From Eledone cirrhosa (taxonomy: Eukaryota): a stretch of 64,000 bases of DNA. Of the stretch, positions 13,464-26,501 are shown one piece after another. The first letter of the stretch is position 1. Every line of letters starts with the position of its first letter. The position numbers and the translations under genes are program-made. The notes under the pieces are model-generated. The model was not told the origin of the DNA, ran no database searches, and saw nothing but the letters and a program-made list of their open reading frames with translations. The stretch is from assembly GCA_964016885.1 (NCBI GenBank), contig OZ024755.1, positions 18,042,001 through 18,106,000 of the forward strand. Direction: 5' to 3'.

Positions 13464-13692
13464 TTAACCCTTTAGCATTTACATTACTCTATATATACTA
13501 TTGTATTTTCACTGTAAAGGCTTTACCTTACATAATTATCTTTCATAATATCATATCTGTGAGATTTTGATATTATTTATTTTGAGAACAATACCTTAAT
13601 GTTTGGATGAGTGACCAGTTACAGTCCGTTTGAACAGAAAGAGGTGAGAGAATTCTGGCCAGATATGGCCGGTTTAAATGCTAAAGGGTTAA
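13464..13692. mobile_element. TTAA-specific (piggyBac-type) MITE, ~230 bp; representative of ~13 copies
   Basis: TTAA|CCCTTTAGCATTTA...TAAATGCTAAAGGG|TTAA. Other copies: 919-1154, 3119-4738 (split by LINE), 5476-5646, 7245-7459, 10159-10366, ~11253-11475, 14828-15030, 25451-26214, 56821-57172, 59494-59709, 61530-61745 and a partial at 2262-2294. Confidence 0.9.
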
Positions 13693-15084
13693 TTCCCAAA
13701 TTTCCTATGTTCTTTTCGGTAGCTTCAGAATGAAGCAAACAAAAGGGTTGTTTTCAGTGACACAGATGATCTGTTTGCAAATCCTTCCTTCGTTAGTGTT
13801 GCTATCAACAGAGAAGTGGTAAACATGAATAACTTAGCAGAGAAAATATTTACGAAGCAGAGATATGGAATCAAGGAAAACAACACTTTGCTTGAGAGAT
13901 AGTTATTCAAGAGCTAGCATGTTTTTGTATCTCCCAAACCACAAAAGTTTTCCTTATGCGTTGTGTGTGTCTGTGTGTGTGTGTGTGAGAGGGGGGGGAG
14001 GGGCGACGAATAGTTCTCCCATGGTTATAGAAAGAAAATAAAATAAAAGTAAAAATAAAAAAACTGGTGGCATAGGGTAGAAAGTGCAGCTGCTATATGC
14101 GTAACTGCTAGGGTCATCTGAGTCATACAAAATAATAGAAACACACACACAGGTATAATTAAATATATACAGTATATATATAACCAATGAGTTATATGGT
14201 TTGTTGATTATTCAACAAAGTTAATTTTACAACAGATTAGAAGCACTCTACAATTTTTATCTGAAGTATCATTAATATTAATAATATTAATAAGTGGAAA
14301 ATATCTTTATAAAACCTTATTTATTTTATTATACGTATTTCAAGGGTACTGACGAAAGCGTACTTAAATATTAGTACCCTTGAAATATGTATAATAAAAT
14401 AAATATGGTTTTATAAAGATATTTTCCATTTATTAATATTATTAATATTATATATATATAAAGTAGTATAGTTAATATAAAGTATTGTGAGATATGTAAT
14501 AAATGATTGATAAGTATTTCAGAATATCGGTCAATACGGTAGAACTTTAGAAAGGGCAAAGGATGATAAATAAAACAAAACAAAGTAATATTTATTTTAC
14601 CCAGTATATTTCAAGGTTAACACCCTCTTTTCAAATGCAAAACAAAAAAAAAAAGAAATGAACGATGTGTTCACTTCAACTGGTTCAAGTGTCTGGATTG
14701 TTCATGTGTGGAGCAGTCATAGAAGCTACTCTGTAGTTCTGATCTATTGTTTATTTGAGACTTATGTGTGTTAATGATTAGAGCTTCTTTAATTCTTAAA
14801 TTCCCCACCATTGCCTCTATAGTACACTTAACCCTTTACCATTTATATATACTATTGTATTTTCTCGGTAAAGACTTTATCTCACATAATATCTCACATA
14901 ATATCAAATCTATGAGATTTTGAGAACAATACCTTAACATCAGTATGAGTGGCCAGTTACAGCCAGTTTAAACAGAAAGAGGTGAGACTATTCTGGCTGG
15001 ATATGGCTGGTTTAAATGCTAAAGGGTTAATGTCTTGATTGTGGCATTTGTCATCCTTTGGACATTTTCAAAAGACAAAAAAAG

Positions 15085-17116
15085 GAGTTAAGGTAGAAAG
15101 GTAAAAAAAGGTAGAGGAAGGAGTTATGGTAGAAAGGTGTAGGAAATGAAGGAGAGGAAGGAGTTAAGAGTTAAGGTAGAAAGGTGAGGAAGGAGAGGAA
15201 GGAGTTAGGGTAGAAAAGTGAGGAAGGAGTTAGGGTGGAAAGGTGAGGAAGGAGTTAGGGTGGAAAGGAGAGGAAGGAGTTATGGTAGAAAGGTAGAGGA
15301 AGGAGTTAGGGTGGAAAGGAGAGGAAGGAGTTAGGGTGGAAAGGAGAGGAAGGAGTTAGGGTAGAAAGGTAGAGGAAGGAGTTAGGGTAGAAAGGTAGAG
15401 GAAGGAGTTAGGGTGGAAAGGAGAGGAAGGAGTTAGGGTAGAAAGGTAGAGGAAGGAGTTAGGGTGGAAAGGAGAGGAAGGAGTTAGGGTGGAAAGGAGA
15501 GGAAGGAGTTATGGTAGAAAGGTAGAGGAAGGAGTTAGGGTGGAAAGGAGAGGAAGGAGTTAGGGTGGAAAGGAGAGGAAGGAGTTAGGGTGGAAAGGAG
15601 AGGAAGGAGTTAGGGTAGAAAGGTAGAGGAAGGAGTTAGGGTGGAAAGGAGAGGAAGGAGTTAGGGTAGAAAGGTAGAGGAAGGAGTTAGGGTAGAAAGG
15701 TAGAGGAAGGAGTTAGGGTGGAAAGGAGAGGAAGGAGTTAGGGTGGAAAGGAGAGGAAGGAGTTAGGGTGGAAAGGAGAGGAAGGAGTTAGGGTGGAAAG
15801 GTAGAGGAAGGAGTTAGGGTGGAAAGGAGAGGAAGGAGTTAGGGTGGAAAGGTAGAGGAAGGAGTTAGGGTGGAAAGGTAGAGGAAGGAGTTAGGGTGGA
15901 AAGGTAGAGGAAGGAGTTAGGGTGGAAAGGTAGAGGAAGGAGTTAGGGTGGAAAGGTAGAGGAAGGAGTTAGGGTAGAAAGGTAGAGGAAGGAGTTAGGG
16001 TGGAAAGGAGAGGAAGGAGTTAGGGTGGAAAGGTAGAGGAAGGAGTTAGGGTAGAAAGGTAGAGGAAGGAGTTAGGGTAGAAAGGTAGAGGAAGGAGTTA
16101 GGGTGGAAAGGAGAGGAAGGAGTTAGGGTGGAAAGGAGAGGAAGGAGTTAGGGTAGAAAGGTAGAGGAAGGAGTTAGGGTAGAAAGGTAGAGGAAGGAGT
16201 TAGGGTGGAAAGGAGAGGAAGGAGTTAGGGTGGAAAGGAGAGGAAGGAGTTAGGGTGGAAAGGAGAGGAAGGAGTTAGGGTGGAAAGGTAGAGGAAGGAG
16301 AGGAAGGAGTTAGGGTGGAAAGGTAGAGGAAGGAGTTAGGGTGGAAAGGAGAGGAAGGAGTTAGGGTGGAAAGGTAGAGGAAGGAGTTAGGGTAGAAAGG
16401 TAGAGGAAGGAGTTAGGGTGGAAAGGAGAGGAAGGAGTTAGGGTGGAAAGGAGAGGAAGGAGTTAGGGTGGAAAGGAGAGGAAGGAGTTAGGGTGGAAAG
16501 GAGAGGAAGGAGTTATGGTAGAAAGGTAGAGGAAGGAGTTAGGGTGGAAAGGAGAGGAAGGAGTTAGGGTGGAAAGGAGAGGAAGGAGTTAGGGTGGAAA
16601 GGAGAGAAAGGAGTTAGGGTAGAAAGGTAGAGGAAGGAGTTAGGGTAGAAAGGTAGAGGAAGGAGTTAGGGTGGAAAGGAGAGGAAGGAGTTAGGGTGGA
16701 AAGGTAGAGGAAAGAGTTAGGGTGGAAAGGTAGAGGAAAGAGTTAGGGTAGAAAGGTAGAGGAAGGAGTTAGGGTGGAAAGGTAGAGGAAGGAGTTAGGG
16801 TGGAAAGGAGAGGAAGGAGTTAGGGTAGAAAGGTAGAGGAAGGAGTTAGGGTAGAAAGGTAGAGGAAGGAGTTAGGGTAGAAAGGTAGAGGAAGGAGTTA
16901 GGGTGGAAAGGAGAGGAAGGAGTTATGGTAGAAAGGTAGAGGAAGGAGTTAGGGTAGAAAGGTAGAGGAAGGAGTTAGGGTAGAAAGGTAGAGGAAGGAG
17001 TTAGGGTAGAAAGGTAGAGGAAGGAGTTAGGGTAGAAAGGTAGAGGAAGGAGTTAGGGTAGAAAGGTAGAGGAAGGAGTTAGGGTAGAAAGGTAGAGGAA
17101 GGAGTTAGGGTGGAAA
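15085..17116 (+). repeat. 25/26-bp purine-rich minisatellite (GGAAGGAGTTAGGGT[G/A]GAAAGG[T]AGA)n
   Basis: Direct inspection: ~2 kb of near-identical units, each containing one TTAGGG. Confidence 0.95.
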
Positions 17117-17460
17117 GACAAACGAAGGAGTGAAGGTAGAAAAGAGTTGAAGGAGTGAAGGTAGAAAAGAGTTGAAGTAGAAAGGCAAAGATAAAGGAAC
17201 ATTTGGCAGTTATTTCTAACAGGTGGAGGTTCGCTAGTCTTACATTCTGACATTTCTGAAATTCTTATTAAAGTGACTGATATATTAATCATTTGGTATT
17301 AATTACTTATAGGATAATTTAATTAGTCGATTCAGTTATATCCTGGTTTTCACAGGAAGTTTCCTATTTCGTCATATCTATCTAAATATCCATATCACTA
17401 TTTCTATATTTAATATATTGATTGTTGCCTACATCCTCTGCTATCTTCTTAGTCTTCTCT

Positions 17461-17524
<64 letters not shown>

Positions 17525-18120
17525 TATACCTACATATATATATACATATATATGTGTGTGTGTATATATGTAAAGGTGTAGATATATATATATATATATG
17601 GATGTTATAAATAATTGTTTCTACTTTAGGCACAAGACCAGCAATTACCCAGTGCATTACTGGTACTTTATTTTATCGACCCCGTAAGGATGAAAGGCAA
17701 AGTCAACCTCGGCTGGATTTGAACTCAGATCGTAAAGGGACGTAACTATGCTGCAAAGCATGACGTCCGACCCTCTACCGATACTGCCAATCCACCGGTG
17801 TGATTATATATAACATCCATATATATATGGATGTTATAAATAATGATATATATATATCATCATCATCGTTTAAGATAGACGTTAAACGATGATGATGATG
17901 ATATATATATATATCATTATTTATAGTGGATTGGCAGTATCGGTAGAGGGTCGGACGCCATGCTTTGCACCAAAGAGTTACTTCCCTTTACGGACTGAGT
18001 TCAAATCCCGCCAAGGTTAACTTTGCCTTTCATCCTTACGGGGGCGATAAAATAAAGTACCAGTAATACACTGAGATAATTGCTGGCCTTGTGCCAAAAA
18101 GTAGAAACAATTATTTACAA

Positions 18121-18650
18121 CATCATCGTTTAACGTCCATCTTCCACACTTGCATGGGTCTGGTCCCACTTAAGGCAAGATTGGTTGTCTTGCTCAGGAC
18201 TGTCTGGCAGGTTTTCTACGGCTGGATGCCCTTCCTAACACCAACCACGTTTACAGTGTGGACTGGGAGGTTTTTACCGTGTTACCTACACGGCCACATT
18301 ACAGCGTGGACTGTGTGTTTTTTTTTTGTCGTGACACCTACACGACCTCATTTATTTCGGACTGGATGTTGTGGTACAAACATAACTTTACATCGAAGGG
18401 GTGGTGTGGGTGGGGTGTGTGTCGTGGGACGGTGGTGTATTTTTGTTAGAGGTGCCTACTGACTGTAGTAGGTTTCGCTTTGTACTTAGGCAAGGCGGGT
18501 CTTCTGTATAACTGTGTAGCGCTAAAGATCTCGGTCCAGTGACATTGTCTTGGAGAGGTGTAAGTGTGTGAGGTCGGAATTTATCAAGTCGTCCCAGGTT
18601 TTTCTGGGTCTGCCTACTCCATGGCTACCGCCCTGCACTTTTTTATACAG
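18121..18650 (-). mobile_element. RTE LINE 3' fragment, 5'-bounded by the (GGAA)n satellite
   Basis: Reverse complement closely matches 38590-39180. Confidence 0.8.
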
Positions 18651-21600
18651 GGAAGGAGGGAGGAGGAAGGAGGGAGGGAGGGAAGGGAGGGAGGAAGGAA
18701 GGAAGGAAGGGAGGAAGGAAGGAAGGAGGGAGGAAGGAAGGAAGGAAGGAGGAAGGAAGGAAGGAAGGAGGGAAGGAAGGAAGGAAGGAAGGAGGGAAGG
18801 AAGGAGGGAGGGAAGGAAGGAGGGAGGGAAGGAAGGAAGGAAGGAGGGAAGGAAGGAAGGAGGGAAGGAAGGAAGGAGGGAAGGAAGGAAGGAAGGAGGG
18901 AAGGAAGGAAGGAAGGAAGGAGGGAAGGAAGGAAGGAAGGAGGGAAGGAAGGAAGGAAGGAAGGAAGGAAGGAAGGAGGGAAGGAAGGAAGGAGGGAAGG
19001 AAGGAGGGAAGGAAGGAGGGAAGGAAGGAAGGAAGGAGGGAAGGAAGGAAGGAGGGAAGGAAGGAGGGAAGGAAGGAAGGAGGGAAGGAAGGAAGGAAGG
19101 AGGGAAGGAAGGAAGGAAGGAAGGAAGGAGGGAAGGAAGGAGGGAAGGAAGGAGGGAAGGAAGGAGGGAAGGAAGGAGGGAAGGAAGGAGGGAAGGAAGG
19201 AGGGAGGGAAGGAAGGGGGGAAGGAAGGAGGGAAGGAAGGAGGGAAGGAAGGGGGGAAGGAAGGAGGGAAGGAAGGAAGGAAGGAGGGAAGGAGGGAAGG
19301 AAGGAGGGAAGGAAGGAGGGAAGGAGGGAAGGAAGGAGGGAAGGAGGGAAGGAAGGAGGGAAGGAAGGAGGGAAGGAGGGAAGGAGGGAGGGAAGGAGGG
19401 AAGGAAGGAGGGAAGGAGGGAGGGAAGGAGGGAAGGAAGGAGGGAAGGAAGGAGGGAGGGAAGGAAGGAGGGAAGGAGGGAGGGAAGGAGGGAAGGAGGG
19501 AGGGAAGGAGGGAAGGAGGGAGGGAAGGAGGGAAGGAGGGAGGGAAGGAGGGAAGGAGGGAAGGAAGGAGGGAAGGAGGGAGGGAAGGAGGGAAGGAGGG
19601 AAGGAGGGAAGGAAGGAGGGAAGGAGGGAAGGAGGGAAGGAGGGAAGGAAGGAGGGAAGGAGGGAAGGAGGGAAGGAGGGAAGGAAGGAGGAGGGAAGGA
19701 GGGAAGGAGGGAAGGAGGGAGGGAAGGAGGGAAGGAGGGAAGGAAGGAGGGAAGGAGGGAGGGAAGGAGGGAGGGAAGGAGGGAAGGAGGGAAGGAAGGA
19801 GGGAAGGAAGGAGGGAAGGAGGGAAGGAGGGAAGGAGGGAAGGAAGGAGGGAAGGAGGGAAGGAAGGAGGGAAGGAGAGAAGGGAGGGAGGGAGGGAAGG
19901 GAGGGAAGGAAGGAAGGAGGGAAGGAAGGAGGGAAGGAAGGAGGGAAGGAAGGAAGGAGGGAAGGAAGGAGGGAAGGAAGGAAGGAAGGAGGGAAGGATG
20001 GAAGGAAGGAGGGAAGGAAGGAAGGAGGGAAGGAAGGAAGGAAGGAAGGAAGGAAGGAAGGAAGGAAGGAAGGAAGGAAGGAAGGAAGGAAGGAGGGAAG
20101 GAAGGAAGGAAGGAGGGAAGGAAGGAAGGAAGGAGGGAAGGAAGAAGGAGGGAAGGAGGGAAGGAAGGAGGGAAGGAAGGAGGGAAGGAAGGAGGGAAGG
20201 AGGGAGGGAGGGAGGAGGGAGGGGGAAGGAGGGGGGAAGGGAAGGAGGGAGGGAGGGAAGGAAGGAAGGAAGGAAGGAAGGAAGGAAGGAAGGAAGGAAG
20301 GAAGGAAGGAAGGAAGGAAGGAAGGAAGGAAGGAAGGGAGGGAAGGAAGGAAGGAAGGAAGGAAGGAAGGAAGGAAGGAGGAAGGAAGGAAGGAAGGAAG
20401 GAGGGAGGGAAGGAAGGAAGGAAGGAGGGAAGGAAGGAGGGAGGGAAGGAAGGAAGGAAGGAAGGAAGGAAGGAAGGAAGGAGGGAAGGAAGGAAGGAAG
20501 GAAGGAAGGAAGGAAGGAAGGAAGGAAGGAAGGAGGGAAGGAAGGAAGGAGGGAAGGAAGGAAGCAGGGAAGGAAGGAAGCAGGGAAGGAGGGAAGGAAG
20601 GAAGGGGGAGGAGGGAGGGAGGGAAGGAAGGAAGGAAGGAAGAGGGAAGGAAGGAAGGAAGGAAGGAAGGAGGGAAGGAAGGAGGGAAGGAAGGAGGGAA
20701 GGAAGGAGGGAAGGAAGGAGGGAAGGAAGGAGGGAAGGAGGGAAGGAAGGAGGAAGGAAGGAGGGAAGGAGGGAAGGAAGGAGGGAAGGAGGGAAGGAAG
20801 GAGGGAAGGAAGGAGGGAAGGAGGGAGGGAAGGAGGGAAGGAAGGAGGAGGAAGGAAGGAGGGAAGGAAGGGGGAAGGAAGGAGGGAAGGAAGGAGGAAG
20901 GAAGGAGGGAAGGAAGGAAGGAAGGAAGGAGGGAGGAAGGAAGGAAGGAAGGAAGAAGGAAGGAGGAAGGAAGGAAGGAAGGAGGGAAGGAAGGAGGGAA
21001 GGAAGGAGGGAAGGAAGGAGGGAAGGAAGGAAGGAAGGAGGGAAGGAAGGAAGGAAGGAGGGAAGGAAGGAGGAAGGAAGGAAGGAAGGAAGGAAGGAAG
21101 GAAGGAAGGAAGGAAGGAAGGAAGGAAGGAAGGAAGGAAGGAAGGAAGGAAGGAAGGAGGGAAGGAAGGAGGGAAGGAGGGAAGGAAGGAGGGAAGGAAG
21201 GAGGGAAGGAGGGAAGGAAGGAGGGAAGGAGGAAGGAAGGAGGGAAGGAAGGAGGGAAGGAAGGAGGGAAGGAAGGAGGGAAGGAGGGAAGGAGGGAAGG
21301 AAGGAGGGAAGGAAGGAAGGAAGGAAGGAAGGAAGGAAGGAAGGAAGGAAGGAAGGAGGAAGGAGGGAGGGAAGGAAGGAGGGAAGGAAGGAGGGAGGGA
21401 AGGAAGGAGGGAGGAAGGAAGGAGGGAGGAAGGAAGGAGGGAAGGAGGGAAGGAGGGAAGGAAGGAGGGAAGGAGGGAAGGAGGGAAGGAAGGAGGGAAG
21501 GAGGGAAGGAAGGAGGGAAGGAGGGAAGGAGGGAAGGAAGGAGGGAAGGAAGGAGGGAAGGAAGGAAGGAGGGAAGGAAGGAGGGAAGGAAGGAGGGAAG

Positions 21601-22958
21601 GAAGGAGGGAAGGAGGGAGGGAAGGAGGGAGGGAAGGAGGGAGGGAAGGAAGGAAGGAAGGAGGGAGGGAAGGAAGGAAGGAGGGAGGGAAGGAGGGAGG
21701 AAGGAGGGAAGGAGGGAGGGGGAGGAAGGAGGGGGAGGGAGGGAAGGAGGGAGGGAAGGAAGGAAGGAGGGAGGGAAGGAAGAAGGAGGGAGGGAAGGAG
21801 GGAGGGAGGGAAGGAGGGAGGGAAGGAAGGAAGGAGGGAAGGGAGGAAGGAAGGAGGAAGGAAGAGGAGGGAAGGAGGAAGGAGGGAAGGAAGGAAGGAG
21901 GGAAGGAAGGAAGGAGGGAAGGAAGGAAGGAGGGAAGGAAGGAAGGAGGGAAGGAAGGAAGGAGGGAAGGAAGGAAGGAGGGAAGGAAGGAGGAGGGAAG
22001 GAGAAGGAGGGAAGGAAGGAAGGAAGGAAGGAGGGAAGGAAGGAGGGAGGGAAGGAGGGAGGGAAGGAGGGAGGGAAGGAGGGAGGGAGGGAGGGAAGGA
22101 GGGAGGGAGGGAGGGAGGGAGGGAGGGAAGGAGGGAAGGAAGGAGGGAAGGAAGGAGGGAGGGAGGGAAGGAGGGAGGGAGGAAGGAGGGAGGGAGGGAA
22201 GGAGGGAAGGAAGGAGGGAAGGAAGGAGGGAAGGAAGGAAAGAGGGAAGGAAGAGGAAGGAAGAGGGAAGGAGGAAGGAAGGAGGGAAGGAGGAAGGAGA
22301 GGAAGGAGGAAGGGAAGGAGGAAGGAAGGAAGGAAGGAAGGAAGGGAAGGAGGAAGGAGGGAAGGAAGGAAGGAGGGAAGGAAGGAAGGAGGGGAAGGAA
22401 GGAGGGAAGGAAGGAAGGAGGGAAGGAGGGAAGGAGGGAAGGAGGGAAGGAGGAAGGAGGGAAGGAAGGAAGGAGGGAAGGAAGGAAGGAGGGAAGGAAG
22501 GAAGGAGGGAAGGAAGGAAGGAGGGAAGGAAGGAAGAGGAGGGAAGGAAGGAAGGGAAGGAAGGAAGGAGGGAAGGAAGGAGGGAGGAAGGAAGGAGGGA
22601 GGGAAGGAGGGAGGAGGAAGGAGGGAGGGAATGAGGGAAGGAGGAGGGAAGGAGGAAGGAGGAGGGACGGAGGGAGGAAGGAGGGAAGGAAGGAAGGAGG
22701 GAGGGAAGGAAGGAGGAGGGGAAGGAGGGAGGGAAGGAGGGAGGGAAGGAGGGAGGAAGGAGGGAGGGAAGGAGGGAGGAAGGAGGGAGGGAAGGAGGGA
22801 GGAAGGAGGGAGGGAAGGAGGAGGGAAGGAGGAAGGAAGGAAGGAGGGAAGGAAGGAAGGAAGGAGGGAAGGAAGGAAGGAGGAGGAAGGAAGGAAGGAG
22901 GGAGGGAAGGAAGGAGGGAGGGAAGGAGGGAAGGAAGGAAGGAGGGAGGGAAGGAAGG
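18650..22958 (+). repeat. (GGAA/GGAG)n purine microsatellite, ~4.3 kb
   Basis: Almost exclusively G/A on the + strand. Confidence 0.97.
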
Positions 22959-23158
22959 NNNNNNNNNNNNNNNNNNNNNNNNNNNNNNNNNNNNNNNNNN
23001 NNNNNNNNNNNNNNNNNNNNNNNNNNNNNNNNNNNNNNNNNNNNNNNNNNNNNNNNNNNNNNNNNNNNNNNNNNNNNNNNNNNNNNNNNNNNNNNNNNNN
23101 NNNNNNNNNNNNNNNNNNNNNNNNNNNNNNNNNNNNNNNNNNNNNNNNNNNNNNNNNN
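22959..23158. other. Assembly gap (200 N)
   Basis: Run of N. Confidence 0.99.
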
Positions 23159-25180
23159 GAAACGAGGGGGAAAGGGTGAGGGGAAAGAAGCGAGGGGGAA
23201 AGGGAGAGGGGAAAGAAACGAGGGGGAAAGGGTGAGGGGAAAGAAGCGAGGGGGAAAGGGAGAGGGGAAAGAAGCGAGGGGGAAAGGGAGAGTGGAAAAG
23301 AGAGAGGGGGAAAGAGAGGGGGAGAGGGAGGGAGGGAGAAAGGGGGGAAAAGAGCGAGGGGGAAAGAGCGAGGGAAAGAGAGGGAATGGGAAAGAGGGAG
23401 AAGGGGAAAGGGATGCGGGAGGGAGAAAGGGGGAAAGGGAGAAAGAGAGGGGGAAAGGGAGAGGGGGAAGGGAGAAAGGAAAGGGGGAGGAAAGGGGGAA
23501 AGGGGGAAAGGGGGAAAGGGGAAAGGGAGAAAGGGGGAAAGGGAGAAAGGGGGGAGAAAGGGGGGAAGGGGGAGGGGGAAGGGGGGAAAGGGAGAGGGGG
23601 AAAGAGAGAGAGGGGGAAAAGGAGGGAGAAAGAGAGGGGAAGGAAGAGGGGAAGGGAGAGGGAGAAAGGGAGGGGAAGGGAGAAAGAGAGGGGAAGGGAG
23701 AGAGGGGGAAAAGAGCGAGGGAAAGAGATAGAAAGGGAGAGGGGGAAAGAGATAGAAAGGAGAGGGGGGAATGGGGGGAGAAAGGAGAGGGGGAAGGGAG
23801 AAGGGAGAAAGAGAGAGAGAGGGGGAAGGGAGAGAGGAAAGGGGAGAGGGGAAAAGGGAGAGGGGGAAGAAACGAGGGGGAAAGGGAGAGGGGAAAGGGA
23901 GAGTGGAAAAGAGAGAGGGGGAGAGGGGGAAAGAGAGAGAGAGGGGGAAAGTGAGAGGGGGAAAGGGAGGGAGGGGGGGGGAGAAAGGGGGAAAAAGCGA
24001 GGGGGAAAGAGCGAGGGAAAGAGAGGGAATGGGAAAGAGGGAGAAGGGGAGGGGGAGAAAGGGAGAAAGGGAGGGGGAAAGGGAGAGGGGGGAGGGGGAA
24101 AGAGAGATAGAAAGGGAGAGAAAAGGGGAAAGGGGGGAAAGGGGAAAAGGGAGATGGGGGGAAGGGAGAGGGGGAAAGGGAGAGAGGGGGAAGGGAGAGG
24201 GGGAAAGGGAGAGAGGGGGAAGGGAGAGGGGGGAAGGGAGAGGGGGAAAGGGAGAGAGGGGGAAGGGAGAGGGGGAAAGGGAGAGAGGGAGAAAGAGAGG
24301 GGAAGGGAGAGGGGGAAAGGGAGGGAGGGAGAAAGAGAGGGGAAGGGAGAGAGGGGGAAAAGAGCGAGGGAAAGAGATAGAAAGGGAGAGAGAGGGAATG
24401 GGAAAGAGATAGAAAGGGAGAGAGAGGGAATGGGGGAGAGAGAGGGAATGGGGGAGAGAGGGAGAAGGGGAGAGGGAAAGGGGGAAAGGGAGGAGGGAGG
24501 GGGAGGGAAGAGGGGGAAAGAGAGAAGGGAGGGAGAGGGAAAGGGGGAAAGGGAGGAGGGAGGGGGGAAGGAAGAGGGGAAAAGAGAGAGGGGAAAAGGG
24601 GGAAAGGAAGAAAGGGGAGAGGAAAATGGGATAAGGGAGAGAGGGGGAGGGAGGGGGGAGAGGGGGAAGGGAGAGGGGGAGAGGGGGAAGGGAGAGAGGG
24701 AAGGAGAGGGGGAAAGGGAGAGAGGGAAAGAGAGGGGGTGAAGGAGAGGGGGAAAGGGAAAGGGGGAAAGGGAGAGAGGGGAAAGGGAGAGGGGGAAAGG
24801 GAGGGGGAGAGGGGGGAAGGGAGGGGGGAAAGGGAGGGGGAGAGGGGGGAAGGGAGGAGGGAAAGGGAGAGGGAGAGAGGGGAGAGGGGGGAAGGGAGAG
24901 GGGGAAAGGGAAATGGGGAGGGGGAAAGGGAGAGGGGGAAAGGAAGAGGGGGAAAGATAAAAAGGGAAATGGGGAGGGGGAGGCGGAGAGGAAGAGAGGG
25001 AGAGGAAAGGGAGATGGGGAGAGGGAAAGGGGGAGAGGGAAAGGGGGGAGATGGAGAGGGAAAGGGGAAGAGGGAAAGGGGGAATATGGAAAGGGGGAGA
25101 GAGGTAGAGGGGGAGAAATGGAGAGGGATAGGGGGGATATAGAAGGGAGAGAGGGGGGAGGGGAGATGGAGGGGGGGGGG
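23159..25180 (+). repeat. GA-rich low-complexity satellite (GGGAAAGGGAGA-like)
   Basis: Purine-only strand with irregular higher-order repeats. Confidence 0.95.
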
Positions 25181-26470
25181 TTATAATGGTTTAACTCGAA
25201 ACCACTAAGAGCGAACATGAAACCAATGCATAGTGACGAAGGTCCCATCTTCCGACCACCAACCTATCTAGAATAAGGACCAGATACTACAATATCGACA
25301 GCTCTACAATATTTAGCAGAAAACCCCTGAGAAATTGACGCGGGGTGGATGTAAATGTCCTGAAGAAGCAACTGGGTAGTCTTCTGTATGGGAAGCTAGA
25401 TTACGGCAAGAAATACAAATGAGGACAACAGTATCTAACTCTGTAATTTATTAACCCTTTAGCATTTAAACCGGCTATATCCAGCCAGAATCCTCTCACA
25501 TTTTCAAACCAGCTGTAACCGGCTGCTCATACTGATGTTAAGGTATTGTTCCCAACATAAATAATATCAAAATCTCATAGATTTGATATCATATGAGGTA
25601 AATCCTTTAGCATGAAAATATAATATAATTGTTTCTACTTTTGGCATGAGACCAGCGATTACCCAGTACTTTATTTTATCGACCTCGTAAGGATGAAAGG
25701 CAAAGTTAACCACGGCGGGATTTGAAATCAGAATGGCAGGGGCCGTAACTCTATGCGTCAAAGCATGGCGTCCCACCCTCTGCCGATACTGCTAATCCAC
25801 CGCCCTTAAAGAACGTTAAACTGAGATTGAACCCCAGACCAGGATCACCGCCGTCTCTAACACATACCATTAGACCACAGAGACGGCTATAAAAATATTA
25901 TATATTTGTTTCTACGTTAGGCACAAGGCCAGCAATTAACCAGTGCATTACTGGTACTTTATTTTATCGACCCCGTAAGGATGTAAGGCAAAGTCAACCT
26001 CGGCGGGATTTGAACTCAGATCGTAAAGGGACGTAGTAAATATAAAGTAATTGTTTCTACTTTAGGCACAAGGCCAGCAATTGCCCAGTGCATTACTGGT
26101 ACTTTATTTTATCGACCCCGTAAGGATGTAAGGCAAAGTCAACCTCGGCGGGATTTGAACTCAGATCGTAAAGGGACGTAGTAAATATAAAGTAATGTAA
26201 ATGCTAAAGGGTTAAAGGCCAAACAAGTTTAGGAGATCTATGAAACGTGAAGCATTAGTAATAGCGGTGCTCCATGTATGCCCTGACATGTACCTTGAAC
26301 TCCTGATGTTACTCACCTCAGTTTATCTCTGCCATTCTCATTACAACATTACTCCCACTCATCTTCAGCTCTCACCCCCACCCCACCCCACCCGCCATAC
26401 TCTTACACGACTGATACATTTAATTAGTTTTAATCATGACGTCCCTAGATATTTTAATTTGTTTTTATAT

Positions 26471-26501
<31 letters not shown>

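Noticed and set aside
18550-25248. Very long ORFs (1356-2201 aa) rich in G/R/K/E or P/S/F/L
   Set aside because: Translations of purine-only satellites that cannot contain stop codons; they also span the N gap.
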